Origin: an uncultured bacterium
Lineage (GTDB): Bacteria > Fidelibacterota > Marinisomatia > Marinisomatales > JABMOV01
Reading direction: 5' to 3'
DNA length: 64,000 nucleotides
Assembly: GCA_964654545.1 (NCBI GenBank)
Contig: CAZZIU010000004.1
Span: 8,156 to 72,155 of the forward strand
Of this stretch, positions 27,912 to 37,134 are shown in pieces. The position numbers and the translations under genes are program-made. The first letter of the stretch is position 1; every line of letters begins with the position of its first letter. Below the pieces are notes generated by a model, which searched no databases, was not told where the DNA came from, and saw only the letters and a program-made list of their open reading frames with translations.

Positions 27912-30900
27912 ATGCCAGTCGATACGGAACAAATGCCACAAATCTCTCTTTCTGATACTTTCAATGAATGGAGAGTGAAATATAATAGTCTTGTTGCTGC
28001 ATTTAATAATTTACCTACCGCTGCTTCTGGTTCTGTCACTCGATTAGGTGGAACAATTGATGGTGATAACAGTGGGGCTGGTGTAGTAGCAGCTCAATTA
28101 GGAACTTTAATGATTCGTACTAGTAGTGTTCCTACGGCTGGTATTGGTGTTGGAAAATTTTTAGGAACGAATGAGCCTATTGTTCCGGGTGCTCAACTTC
28201 ATGTGCGAACAGGATCGAACTCTGCGGTATGGTTAGAGACGGACACTGCCGATAAATATGCAGCACTTGTACTCAACAATTCTTCTACTTTATCCGTAAC
28301 TGAAATTACACAAAATTCAATTAGCGTTTCAAATGCAACCGCACTATTCGCAGATGATACTGGTATATACCACTCTGGAGAAATCGTTGCGAATACTCTT
28401 GGTGTTTGGGCAAATGGTGCGACAGGGTTCAAGATTATTGCTGCGGGTGGTGGTGCTTCCCATGATCTTGCAAATAGTCAAGGAACTTTTTCTCCATCTA
28501 CAAAAGGATTTATATTACATAATGCAAAATTTGTCGCAAACCAATCGCATCTTGTAACAGAAGGAAAGTCAGTATTTTCTAGAACAGCAGGTTTGTATTG
28601 GGATAATGATACAAAAATTGCTACTGCTGCTGATGGTATTTTGGCACCTAGTGCTCCTGGTTTTAATCTGTTAAACGCCAACACTGTTGCAAATTCTACG
28701 GGCACATATGCTCCTCGTTATGGTGGATTTCACTCACAACCGACTGAAACTGTTGATAATGTCGAAACTGCATTATTTGTTGCAAACACTAAAGGTGTTA
28801 TTGCTGGTGGTGAAATTGGATTTAGCCTTGCTGACGAATCATTTGTAGCAAATTCTACAGGAATTTATGGAAGATTTTTCGGTACGACTGTAGGAACAGG
28901 TTCGGATTATAATGCTGTTAATTTCTTTAAAATTACTGGTGGTTCTTTTACTGCCAATACTACCTCAGTATATGCAAATGCAATAAACATAGGTACTGAT
29001 ACGACAGCATATGCTGCGGCTGATGTTACGGGAGCTAAAGCACCGATATTAATCAATCGTTTTGTTGAAGCTAGTGCCGTGAGCGGGCCAATACCTCCAG
29101 CTGGTGTGAATAAAATATCTTTTCTTACTAAAGCATCGACGATTCCAGGGGACCCAATATTTGCAAATTCTCATGGTATTGGTATTTCCTGGACTTCTGG
29201 ACCTGGCGGTAAAGTTGCCATTGATCATTATACCGCAGGTGAACATCGATTTTTGGTGAATGAAAACGGAACCTCTGCCGGCTCCGGTGCAATTTTCGAT
29301 GCTGCTGATATACGTTTTCGGGCTAATATCCAGGGAGTTTTTGCAAATAGTGTATACGGTTATGCTTTAGATGATACTTCGTTTGTTGCAAACAACACCG
29401 GTCTCTGGGTAGATGAGACTAATGGGCTCAGAATGCTTGGTGGAAGTCCATTCAAAGTTATTAGCACTGATGGAACATATGCATTTAGCAATCCTGGATT
29501 CAAATTGAAGCAGGGCACAACTGTTGCAAATTCGACGGGTACCTATGTTGATATTACTGCTTCAGGAATGGCCGCATTTAAAATATTGAACAATCATGCG
29601 CTTGTTCATGTTGTGGCAAATACAAAAGGAACATATGCGGATGGTGGTGCAGCTAAAGATGGATTTGCTTTAATTTCTGGAACTCCTGGAAATTATTTTA
29701 GTGCAAATAATAAAATGGTCCTTAGCCCGAGAACGACTATAGATGTTTTTGGTGATGCTACTGTTACATCTGGAAATAATGCGCCGTTAAGAATTATAGA
29801 CAACAACGGTGGGCCCACTAATACGTTGGAGCCCTTTGGAACAAATAAGATCTCTTTTGGTGCTGCGCAGTATTCAAATACAATTGGAATCGGTACATCG
29901 TATCAAGCGGGTGTCATTTCTTTTGATACGTATTCTTATGATACTTTTCGTTGGTTTTCAAGGGCAGGAGAAGACACATTTACTAGATTAGATGATGCTA
30001 TGCTATTTGCTAACACGTTTCATGGTTTTGTTGCAAATTCTAGTAACGGTTTTTCGATCGGAAATGCTGCTGCCCCTGGTTTAGACGCAGAAGGTGGAAG
30101 AGTCTTTGTAGCAAACACCTCAATGGTATATGCACCTATGCATATCTCGTCTCAATCTAATTATGGATTTGCAACTATCAATAATCGCCCAGGAGATCAA
30201 GGATTTTTCACTGCAAATACGATTCGTGCAGGTGTCCGAGCCGATGCCCCATCTGGCCTAGATGGGTATCCTGCGACAGGTGGAACGGATGCTAGAACTG
30301 GTAAATGGGCTCCGATATTCATAGGCACATTATCGCAGTCTACAGGCGCGCTACATGAAGCTGCTGGTGTGAATAAAATATCATTATTGCACCATTACAA
30401 CGCAGCATCACAATATCAAAATACTATAGGTTTTGGTGTAACTAGCACTTCGTCGGAGAGCAACGGCAGAAACATACTTGACGTGTATTCTTCTTCGTCT
30501 GGTGTGAGAGTGTTGTCGTCTAGTGATGGCGCGAACATTGATGATGCGAAAGGTGAGGCTTTCTTTTGGAATGCAGTCAACGAAACAGTTTTTGTTGCCA
30601 ATAATGCTGCTTTGTTTACTGGCAAGCATATTCAAAGCACGAATACCGCTATATTTGGATCAAATGGAGCCAATTTTCTCGGCACTACTACTAAAACACC
30701 CTCGGATTGGTTTGGACCTAAAGCACCAATTAGGGTAGGAAACTATACGCCAGTGTACGGTGGCCAAGATAAATATCCTTCGGGTGTGAATAAGATTAGT
30801 TTTTGGATTAGTGACGGCGACGACCTGACCGAAGGCACTAATAAGTCTTATGCAAATTCTCTTGGATTTGGAACTGTGGGTGGTTCCGGTGCTCACTATA

Positions 30901-31397
30901 CCCTTGATGCATATAGTATTACCGATTTTAGAGTATTCTCCCGGTCCCCAGGTGGTGGCGCTGGAACGGGCGCATGGACTTTAAATGATAATCGGTTTAC
31001 CGTCAATACATTAGGTACTTTCGTTAAACCTACATGGGGAGCTTCAACATCATCTGTTCTTCCTATTGTTGCTAACTCTGCTATTGCAAATTCCACTACA
31101 AGCGAGACAGATGGAGCTAATTACGGAAACGCAAATGGTTCGGTCACGCTTGTAGGAAATATTAAAATATGGTTCGATACAAGAAATATTTCCGGTTCCG
31201 GGCCGGCTACGCCGATTGATTTATCTTCAGAATTTATTAAAATTTGGACAGTGCAAGCTACTCAGGCGAGCCAATCGGACGATCGCTCGCCCCGGGCGAA
31301 AGTTCAACCTGATGAGCGTTCGATTGTAATCACCCACGGCGGCAGCGGATCCCCGGGCCCGGTGTTCAGTATACTAGTTATTGGCGAATCGGTATAA
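27912..31397 (+). CDS. tail fibre protein (1161 aa) with reiterated (F/V)(V/T)AN(S/T)xG(I/T)(Y/W) motif
   Basis: Ala/Gly/Thr/Asn-rich and nearly free of charged residues. At least 9 copies of the FVANSTGIY-like motif were seen. The N-terminal 55 aa are paralogous to the next gene. Confidence 0.6.
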   Translation: MPVDTEQMPQISLSDTFNEWRVKYNSLVAAFNNLPTAASGSVTRLGGTIDGDNSGAGVVAAQLGTLMIRTSSVPTAGIGVGKFLGTNEPIVPGAQLHVRTGSNSAVWLETDTADKYAALVLNNSSTLSVTEITQNSISVSNATALFADDTGIYHSGEIVANTLGVWANGATGFKIIAAGGGASHDLANSQGTFSPSTKGFILHNAKFVANQSHLVTEGKSVFSRTAGLYWDNDTKIATAADGILAPSAPGFNLLNANTVANSTGTYAPRYGGFHSQPTETVDNVETALFVANTKGVIAGGEIGFSLADESFVANSTGIYGRFFGTTVGTGSDYNAVNFFKITGGSFTANTTSVYANAINIGTDTTAYAAADVTGAKAPILINRFVEASAVSGPIPPAGVNKISFLTKASTIPGDPIFANSHGIGISWTSGPGGKVAIDHYTAGEHRFLVNENGTSAGSGAIFDAADIRFRANIQGVFANSVYGYALDDTSFVANNTGLWVDETNGLRMLGGSPFKVISTDGTYAFSNPGFKLKQGTTVANSTGTYVDITASGMAAFKILNNHALVHVVANTKGTYADGGAAKDGFALISGTPGNYFSANNKMVLSPRTTIDVFGDATVTSGNNAPLRIIDNNGGPTNTLEPFGTNKISFGAAQYSNTIGIGTSYQAGVISFDTYSYDTFRWFSRAGEDTFTRLDDAMLFANTFHGFVANSSNGFSIGNAAAPGLDAEGGRVFVANTSMVYAPMHISSQSNYGFATINNRPGDQGFFTANTIRAGVRADAPSGLDGYPATGGTDARTGKWAPIFIGTLSQSTGALHEAAGVNKISLLHHYNAASQYQNTIGFGVTSTSSESNGRNILDVYSSSSGVRVLSSSDGANIDDAKGEAFFWNAVNETVFVANNAALFTGKHIQSTNTAIFGSNGANFLGTTTKTPSDWFGPKAPIRVGNYTPVYGGQDKYPSGVNKISFWISDGDDLTEGTNKSYANSLGFGTVGGSGAHYTLDAYSITDFRVFSRSPGGGAGTGAWTLNDNRFTVNTLGTFVKPTWGASTSSVLPIVANSAIANSTTSETDGANYGNANGSVTLVGNIKIWFDTRNISGSGPATPIDLSSEFIKIWTVQATQASQSDDRSPRAKVQPDERSIVITHGGSGSPGPVFSILVIGESV

Positions 31398-31406
31398 GGA
31401 TAAGAT

Positions 31407-33029
31407 ATGCCCATTAATACGAAACAAATAGATCAGGTTCTATCGCGCGATACCTTTCAGGATTGGCGCGCGAAGTTCAATGAACTAGTATCCGAGTTTA
31501 ATGGGCTTGATATATCTGCGGCCGCTGTTAATGCTGGTGATATTACTCGATTTGGTGGTACGATTGATGGATTGTCAAGTGAAGATCCGCCCATCACTGT
31601 CTCCGGAGGATCAAGTGGTCGTCTATGGTTGATCAATCAGGGTGGTGTCGGTGTTGGAGCTGGAGCTGCAATTGGTATTGGTGATTATCTTGTTGGTGGC
31701 AACCCAACTACTATTAGTGGTGTGAGTGGAGCAGATCCAAATACAGGCCTGAATGATTATTATCAATTAGGTATCCGAAAAGCGGCCGCAAACGCTGCGG
31801 CACTGTTCTATACTTCTGGAGCAGGTAAATATGCATCACTCACACTTAACAACACCAGTGATAGTACGTCATCGCAAATCACAAATAGAACTGCAATTTT
31901 GGGTAGTGGTTCATTTCATGCAAATACCACATATATAACGACAACTCGCCCAACATATTTCAGTGTCACTGATGTTATTGGCAGTGGTCAAAAAGCGCCC
32001 GTCACAGTAAATGCGACTTCAGCTACTTCTGCTGGAGTTCCACTTGTTCGTGGCACAAATATATTGGGAATTGTTTCTGGAGATTTTGCATTAGCAAATA
32101 CAGTTGGTATTGGTTCTTCGCATGATAGTGGCCAGAACAATAGGGGTTCTTTGGACCTATATTCGCATCTAGGAATACGATTAATTACGAAAAATCATAC
32201 ATCAGGTATTACCACTTCCGATGATATTCAAGTCACATCTAATGCTAATTTCACTCAAATTAATAATGAATTTAGAACAAATGGCGCCAATCTGATTGCA
32301 AACTCTGAAGGTATTTTTGCAAATAATGTTGCTGGTAATTATACTGCAAAGGTGCTTCCTCTTCGTGTGAAGCGTTATGCAACTAATGTGGCCACTCGTA
32401 CAATCGTCAATTCTGGTAGCTATGGGGCAATGACCACCGATGGTGCCGGTGGTGATAACATATATTCTGCACCTGCCGCAGCAAATACCTTATATATAGA
32501 CAACGAAACCACATTATCGATCAATGCGACGCCTTTATCGAATGGAACTGTGATTGAATTTACTACAAACCTTCAAGGAATTTCAATAGTTAATCAAGTT
32601 GCTGGAAATGGAGATTGGTTATATTTACAGCCACAGTATCAAGTTGTGGATATTGCTTCGGGAATTGTTAATAGATCTTGGCGCCCGTTTCATTTTGCAG
32701 ACACTAAGCCCGCGTTGATTCAAAGTAATAATTTAGATTCTACGGCCGGCGGCGGAAACCGAATTACTGCATATCCAGTTCGAGTTTATGTTCCCACTTC
32801 AAGTACATATACAACTCATCATTTTTCTGCTTCTTTGGAGAGTGTATTGCTAATTGGAAATGGAGAAACTCATTTCACATCAGGTAAGATATATATGTAT
32901 AGGATACAGTCTTGGTTAGCTAGAGACACGCTACATACATCTGGCATCATACACGACGCTAGGACTATTGTGCGCGAAAGCCCATCATATGTTGGTCAGT
33001 CTGGTGTTGCGGGTCTTCCTAATCCATAA
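31407..33029 (+). CDS. tail fibre protein paralogue (540 aa)
   Basis: N-terminus MPINTKQIDQVLSRDTFQDWRAKFNELVSEFNGL...ITRFGGTIDG aligns with MPVDTEQMPQISLSDTFNEWRVKYNSLVAAFNNL...VTRLGGTIDG of the upstream fibre. It also has IANSEGIF-type motifs. Confidence 0.6.
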   Translation: MPINTKQIDQVLSRDTFQDWRAKFNELVSEFNGLDISAAAVNAGDITRFGGTIDGLSSEDPPITVSGGSSGRLWLINQGGVGVGAGAAIGIGDYLVGGNPTTISGVSGADPNTGLNDYYQLGIRKAAANAAALFYTSGAGKYASLTLNNTSDSTSSQITNRTAILGSGSFHANTTYITTTRPTYFSVTDVIGSGQKAPVTVNATSATSAGVPLVRGTNILGIVSGDFALANTVGIGSSHDSGQNNRGSLDLYSHLGIRLITKNHTSGITTSDDIQVTSNANFTQINNEFRTNGANLIANSEGIFANNVAGNYTAKVLPLRVKRYATNVATRTIVNSGSYGAMTTDGAGGDNIYSAPAAANTLYIDNETTLSINATPLSNGTVIEFTTNLQGISIVNQVAGNGDWLYLQPQYQVVDIASGIVNRSWRPFHFADTKPALIQSNNLDSTAGGGNRITAYPVRVYVPTSSTYTTHHFSASLESVLLIGNGETHFTSGKIYMYRIQSWLARDTLHTSGIIHDARTIVRESPSYVGQSGVAGLPNP

Positions 33030-33066
33030 ATATTAATAATCTTAGAGTTTTATAAGGATAAATCAA

Positions 33067-33393
33067 ATGGCACTTACGGATGATAGATTTAAATATTTTG
33101 AAAATAATTTAGAAGCTCCTGCGAAGTATGCTATGGCAATTACACCTACTGATGAGGCAGAATTGTCTATTCCTGTGAGGGCTCTTTATATTGGTTGTGG
33201 TGCGGCATTATCTGATACCACTGCAAATGTTAAGGTAAGGCTTGTCGGTAATACGCTTGATCCCTCAAATACTTCTAGCATGGGAGCAAATGTACAATTC
33301 GTCAATGTTTCGGTTGGATCTGTCCTTCCTGTTCGTGTAGCAGTTGTACATGCTTCTGATACTTCGGCGACTCACGTTATTGGCTTATATTGA
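33067..33393 (+). CDS. hypothetical protein (108 aa), beta-rich
   Basis: Clean ORF in the fibre region. The pattern AITPTDEAELSIPVRALYIG...VQFVNVSVGSVLPVRVAVVHASDTSATHVIGLY resembles a small conserved phage protein family of unknown function (from memory). Confidence 0.5.
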   Translation: MALTDDRFKYFENNLEAPAKYAMAITPTDEAELSIPVRALYIGCGAALSDTTANVKVRLVGNTLDPSNTSSMGANVQFVNVSVGSVLPVRVAVVHASDTSATHVIGLY

Positions 33394-33411
33394 TAGAGTA
33401 GTAATACTATT

Positions 33412-34527
33412 ATGAAAATTAGTAATTCTATATCAGTTTCAAAGAGAATTGATTCGGACGATACTACGGGCCCGTCTCCATCTGAGCCATCAACTCATTA
33501 TAAATTGACATTAACCCTAGATACTGATACGTTTGAACGCTTAAATTCTGATGGAAACTATTACAATATAGATTTTCCATATTCATTCGTTAATTGGTCG
33601 GGGGGATCGTCTTCAACGGCTGCTGCTGGATCCGACCCGGGAAATCCAACGACAGATCCGTTTTCGGCATATCGTGCAACGGGTAATGCTACACACACTT
33701 GGTCTAATTATATATATGATGACCCTGCTATAGGTAAAGTGAAAAGAGCAAGACCAATTTCGGCAAATTTGGATGTAACGATTGTTATTCCAAGTACGGT
33801 GGTTGTTGGAAGTAATACAGACTTTTTGGCTGCTATACAACCTTCATTTAGGGTTATTAGTGGAGAATTGCCAAATTCTCCTCAGGCTAATCAAGCATTC
33901 ACTGAATATGCTTCTGCTAATTTATTAGTGACTATTGAAAATAGTGGAAACACAATTGGTCGAGGAGGCTTCGGCGGCAAAGGCCAAATTATGAGCGACG
34001 GAAAGAATAATCAATCTGGAGGCGGCGGCGGCGGAGGCGCAGGTAGAGTTGGAGGTACAGGTGGTGTCGGCGGGGGCACTGGTGCAACGGGTACTGCATT
34101 TGCAGGCGGCGCCGGCGGTATTGGATCCCAAGGCGGTACGCCAGTTCGAGCAGCGACGGCCGGCAGCCCAGGAGGAGATTGTTTTGCCATTTTTAATAGA
34201 AAGTATTATGATGTTTCAGTTCCAGCAAAAGGGCCGACATTAAGTATTGTTAATAAGCCTGGAGGTTTTATTTTATCCGGTGGCGGTGGTGGTGGCGGCG
34301 GCGCCGGCGACACGAACCCAACAGCAGGAGGTGTTGGCGGCGCTCGGGCATCTTCTGGTTCTGCTGGAGTTGCCAGCGGCAGTGACGGAACACCAGGAGC
34401 AGGAGGTGTGGCTGGATTAGTTAAAACTTTGCAGTCTGGATTTCTCAATCCTACGTCAGGTGGATCGATAACAGTCACTAATCAAGGTGCGGCCGGAAGC
34501 GTAAAGGGTCGAGATGGGACATATTAA
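33412..34527 (+). CDS. glycine-rich structural protein (371 aa)
   Basis: Two poly-Gly cores (SGGGGGGGAGRVGGTGGVGGGTGATGTAFAGGAGGIGSQGG and SGGGGGGGGAGDTNPTAGGVGGARASSGSAG). The local GC-rich DNA generates spurious antisense ORFs. Confidence 0.55.
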   Translation: MKISNSISVSKRIDSDDTTGPSPSEPSTHYKLTLTLDTDTFERLNSDGNYYNIDFPYSFVNWSGGSSSTAAAGSDPGNPTTDPFSAYRATGNATHTWSNYIYDDPAIGKVKRARPISANLDVTIVIPSTVVVGSNTDFLAAIQPSFRVISGELPNSPQANQAFTEYASANLLVTIENSGNTIGRGGFGGKGQIMSDGKNNQSGGGGGGGAGRVGGTGGVGGGTGATGTAFAGGAGGIGSQGGTPVRAATAGSPGGDCFAIFNRKYYDVSVPAKGPTLSIVNKPGGFILSGGGGGGGGAGDTNPTAGGVGGARASSGSAGVASGSDGTPGAGGVAGLVKTLQSGFLNPTSGGSITVTNQGAAGSVKGRDGTY

Positions 34528-34755
34528 ATGGCAGTGGAAGTAACTATACATAGTATAAGTATCGAAAATCTTGAATGTGTGATTAGCGTGAATGATAATA
34601 ATACACTAATAGTAGATCAGAACAATATAGGATTGCAGCTTGATAGTAATGGAAATGCTGATATGGATTGGATAAGGAATAAAGTGAAACGTATTGTTAG
34701 TGAATTCAGACTGAAAGATCAGCCTCCACTCGTAATTCATACAACTGGAGAATAA
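34528..34755 (+). CDS. hypothetical protein (75 aa)
   Basis: The ATG directly abuts the upstream stop (TAAATG). No recognisable motif. Confidence 0.4.
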   Translation: MAVEVTIHSISIENLECVISVNDNNTLIVDQNNIGLQLDSNGNADMDWIRNKVKRIVSEFRLKDQPPLVIHTTGE

Positions 34756-34758
34756 ATT

Positions 34759-35229
34759 ATGGCAAATATAAAAGTTTATAAAGACACTTATTCTTTTCAT
34801 ATTTTTAATCTATTAGATTCTAATGAAAGTCTTTCATATGATTTTTCATTTAGTAAACTATACACGGTTATTTTGGGTACAGGTGATCTTTCCATAGGAA
34901 CAGATCAAACATCTTCCTCAAACTTGGAGTCTATTGGTTTGTATCGAGTTCCTATTAATGAGAAATTGAATTGTACTTCAATTAATAATGCAAAGGCTGC
35001 ATTTACTGTTTCGTTTCTATTAGATGACACTGTTTTGATGAATGAACTAATACCGAATTCTTCGATACGCTCTCAGATGCTATCATCAGATTCTAAGTTG
35101 ACTGAATTTCATAAAGATTTTTCAAACTTTCAAGCTACACCTAAATTGAATTATGACGAAACTCCAGGGAATTCGACAATAACGCTTTCTGATATTGAAA
35201 CAAAAATTACAGAGGGTTTACTGTTATGA
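34759..35229 (+). CDS. hypothetical protein (156 aa)
   Basis: ORF packed between neighbours. No recognisable motif. Confidence 0.45.
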   Translation: MANIKVYKDTYSFHIFNLLDSNESLSYDFSFSKLYTVILGTGDLSIGTDQTSSSNLESIGLYRVPINEKLNCTSINNAKAAFTVSFLLDDTVLMNELIPNSSIRSQMLSSDSKLTEFHKDFSNFQATPKLNYDETPGNSTITLSDIETKITEGLLL

Positions 35230-35696
35230 GACAATTGTTAGTAATAACGACGCAAGATCATGTAATGTCAGTAATTGATATAAATCAAATAGATCAGGGA
35301 ATGTCGGCATGTGCAGATGATGGAAGTTTAGCCGCGCAATGGCCAACTGATGTTGTGGCATTTTTTTACACAGGAAATTCTACAATGCATTTGCCTGAAG
35401 TTGGTTCGTTCCCATCATCTGGGTCTCCTAGTGTTCGTTTTGTAGATGCTGATACTCCTTTGTCGGTTGTAACAACGGAGGCTCCCTATAGGGTTATTGC
35501 TTTGTATCCAAAAAAGAGAGAAGTATTAGAAAAATGGCATACGCCAGAACATGTTGATATGATATTAGATCCGAATACTCAAGATCAATTCATCACTGTG
35601 ATTTCTAATGCTAAAGATATGAAAGTCGATTCAAATACGTTTGAGGAAATTAACTCGGATGAGATTGTATCTGACAGTGAAATTGTGTTTGTATAA
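35226..35696 (+). CDS. hypothetical protein (156 aa)
   Basis: ATGA start/stop overlap with the upstream gene. No recognisable motif. Confidence 0.45.
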   Translation: MRQLLVITTQDHVMSVIDINQIDQGMSACADDGSLAAQWPTDVVAFFYTGNSTMHLPEVGSFPSSGSPSVRFVDADTPLSVVTTEAPYRVIALYPKKREVLEKWHTPEHVDMILDPNTQDQFITVISNAKDMKVDSNTFEEINSDEIVSDSEIVFV

Positions 35697-35723
35697 AGGT
35701 CGATAGATTCAATATCTCTGCCG

Positions 35724-35731
35724 TATAAATA
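35724..35731 (+). promoter_or_regulatory. T4-type late promoter TATAAATA
   Basis: Perfect octamer 29 nt upstream of ATG 35760. It lies in the loop of a 7-bp inverted repeat (CTCTGCC 35715-35721 / GGCAGAG 35744-35750). Confidence 0.6.
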
Positions 35732-35759
35732 GAATAAAGATAGGGCAGAGGAAACCAAC

Positions 35760-36107
35760 ATGGCAAAAGTATATAATCTGAGTGTAGATCAAGGAGCAGA
35801 TTGGTCTGCAAATCTTACCGCTTATTATGCAAACGGAACGACTGTACTTAATATGGTGGACTATAAATCGGCTGCATCTCAGATTCGACGGTCGTATTCT
35901 TCCTCTATAGTAAAAGCAACAATTACAGTTAATATTCATACCGCAAATACTGATGGTCGTTTATATCTTACGATGGCAAATACAATGACTGCGAATCTCA
36001 CTGATGGTCGTTATTTGTATGATATTGAATTAACTGGTGATGATGACAAAATTACAAGAATCTATGAGGGAATGATTACTGTTAATCCCCAGATCACAAA
36101 AGTATAA
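35760..36107 (+). CDS. small beta-sandwich-like virion protein (115 aa)
   Basis: The pattern YNLSVDQGADWSANL...GRLYLTMANTMTANLTDGRYLYDIELTGDD..ITRIYEGMITVNPQITK is typical of small Ig-like phage structural domains. It has its own late promoter. Confidence 0.5.
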   Translation: MAKVYNLSVDQGADWSANLTAYYANGTTVLNMVDYKSAASQIRRSYSSSIVKATITVNIHTANTDGRLYLTMANTMTANLTDGRYLYDIELTGDDDKITRIYEGMITVNPQITKV

Positions 36108-36117
36108 GGAAGAATAA

Positions 36118-37131
36118 ATGGCAAAGCCATCTTCTCGTGCAGAACTTAAAGAGTATTGTTTACGTCGATTGGGTAAACCAGTTATCGAAATTAACGTAGA
36201 TGACGATCAGGTTGAAGATCGTATTGACGAAGCTCTAGAAATTTATCAAGAATATCATTATGACGCAACGATCAAATCATATGAAAAGTATGTTTTAAAT
36301 CATTCTGTTCTCAAGTTTACGTCTAATGTTTCTGGTAACACTTGGGTTACGGGCGAGCTACAGGGATCGACAAGTGGTGCGAATGCAACATTTAAGAGTG
36401 ATTATGTTTCCGACAATGGAAACTGGATTTATGCTGCGGTAAACGACGAAGCAGCAAATGGTTATTCTTTTCCTCTTTTTTCGAGCGGAGAAACTGTTGT
36501 CAACTCCCTCGGTTTACCAGTAGGCACATTAGTCACATCTTCAACTGAATCGGATTATATGGAACGAGGTGCTTTAGATTTCCATTATATCACACTACCT
36601 AATGACGTAATTGGTGTGACAAGAATTTTCAGCTTAAACGATAGCACAACCGTAGGTATGTTTGATGTTCGTTATCAAATGCATCTCAATGATGTGACTA
36701 CCTTTAGGTTGGGTGGTGGATATGAACTACTTTCATATCAAATGAAAATGCAGAATTATCAATTGATAAATGAATTGCTTGGTGGTGAGCCTATTATACG
36801 ATATAATCGACATGAAGACCGATTACATTTAGATATTGATTGGGATGATGATGCGCGTAAGGGTGATTACATTGTTGTCGATACTTTTAGAGTATTAGAT
36901 CCTAATTCATATACAGATGTGTATAATGATTTATGGCTAAAGCAATATTGTACTGCACTCATCAAACGACAATGGGGAATGAATCTTTCAAAGTATGATG
37001 GTGTTCCGATGCCTGGTGGTGTGACACTTAACGGTAGACAAATCTTAGATGACGCAAAAGAAGAAATCGAAAGGTTGAGAGAAGAGATGCAGTTGAAGTT
37101 TGAGTTACCTGTAGATATGATGATGGGGTAA
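36118..37131 (+). CDS. g13: neck protein gp13
   Basis: SRAELKEYCLRRLGKPVIEINVDDDQVEDRIDEALEIYQEYHYDAT parallels T4 gp13 ([44 protein letters not shown]). Confidence 0.85.
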   Translation: MAKPSSRAELKEYCLRRLGKPVIEINVDDDQVEDRIDEALEIYQEYHYDATIKSYEKYVLNHSVLKFTSNVSGNTWVTGELQGSTSGANATFKSDYVSDNGNWIYAAVNDEAANGYSFPLFSSGETVVNSLGLPVGTLVTSSTESDYMERGALDFHYITLPNDVIGVTRIFSLNDSTTVGMFDVRYQMHLNDVTTFRLGGGYELLSYQMKMQNYQLINELLGGEPIIRYNRHEDRLHLDIDWDDDARKGDYIVVDTFRVLDPNSYTDVYNDLWLKQYCTALIKRQWGMNLSKYDGVPMPGGVTLNGRQILDDAKEEIERLREEMQLKFELPVDMMMG

Positions 37132-37134
37132 CCA

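Noticed and set aside
31347-31378. Polylinker-like string GGATCCCCGGGCCC (BamHI/SmaI/ApaI) followed by ACTAGT, possible cloning-vector contamination
   Set aside because: Only 11 nt match the pUC-type MCS. The stretch is in frame within the fibre ORF (GSGSPGPVFSILV) in a locally GC-rich C-terminal region. No further vector sequence flanks it.
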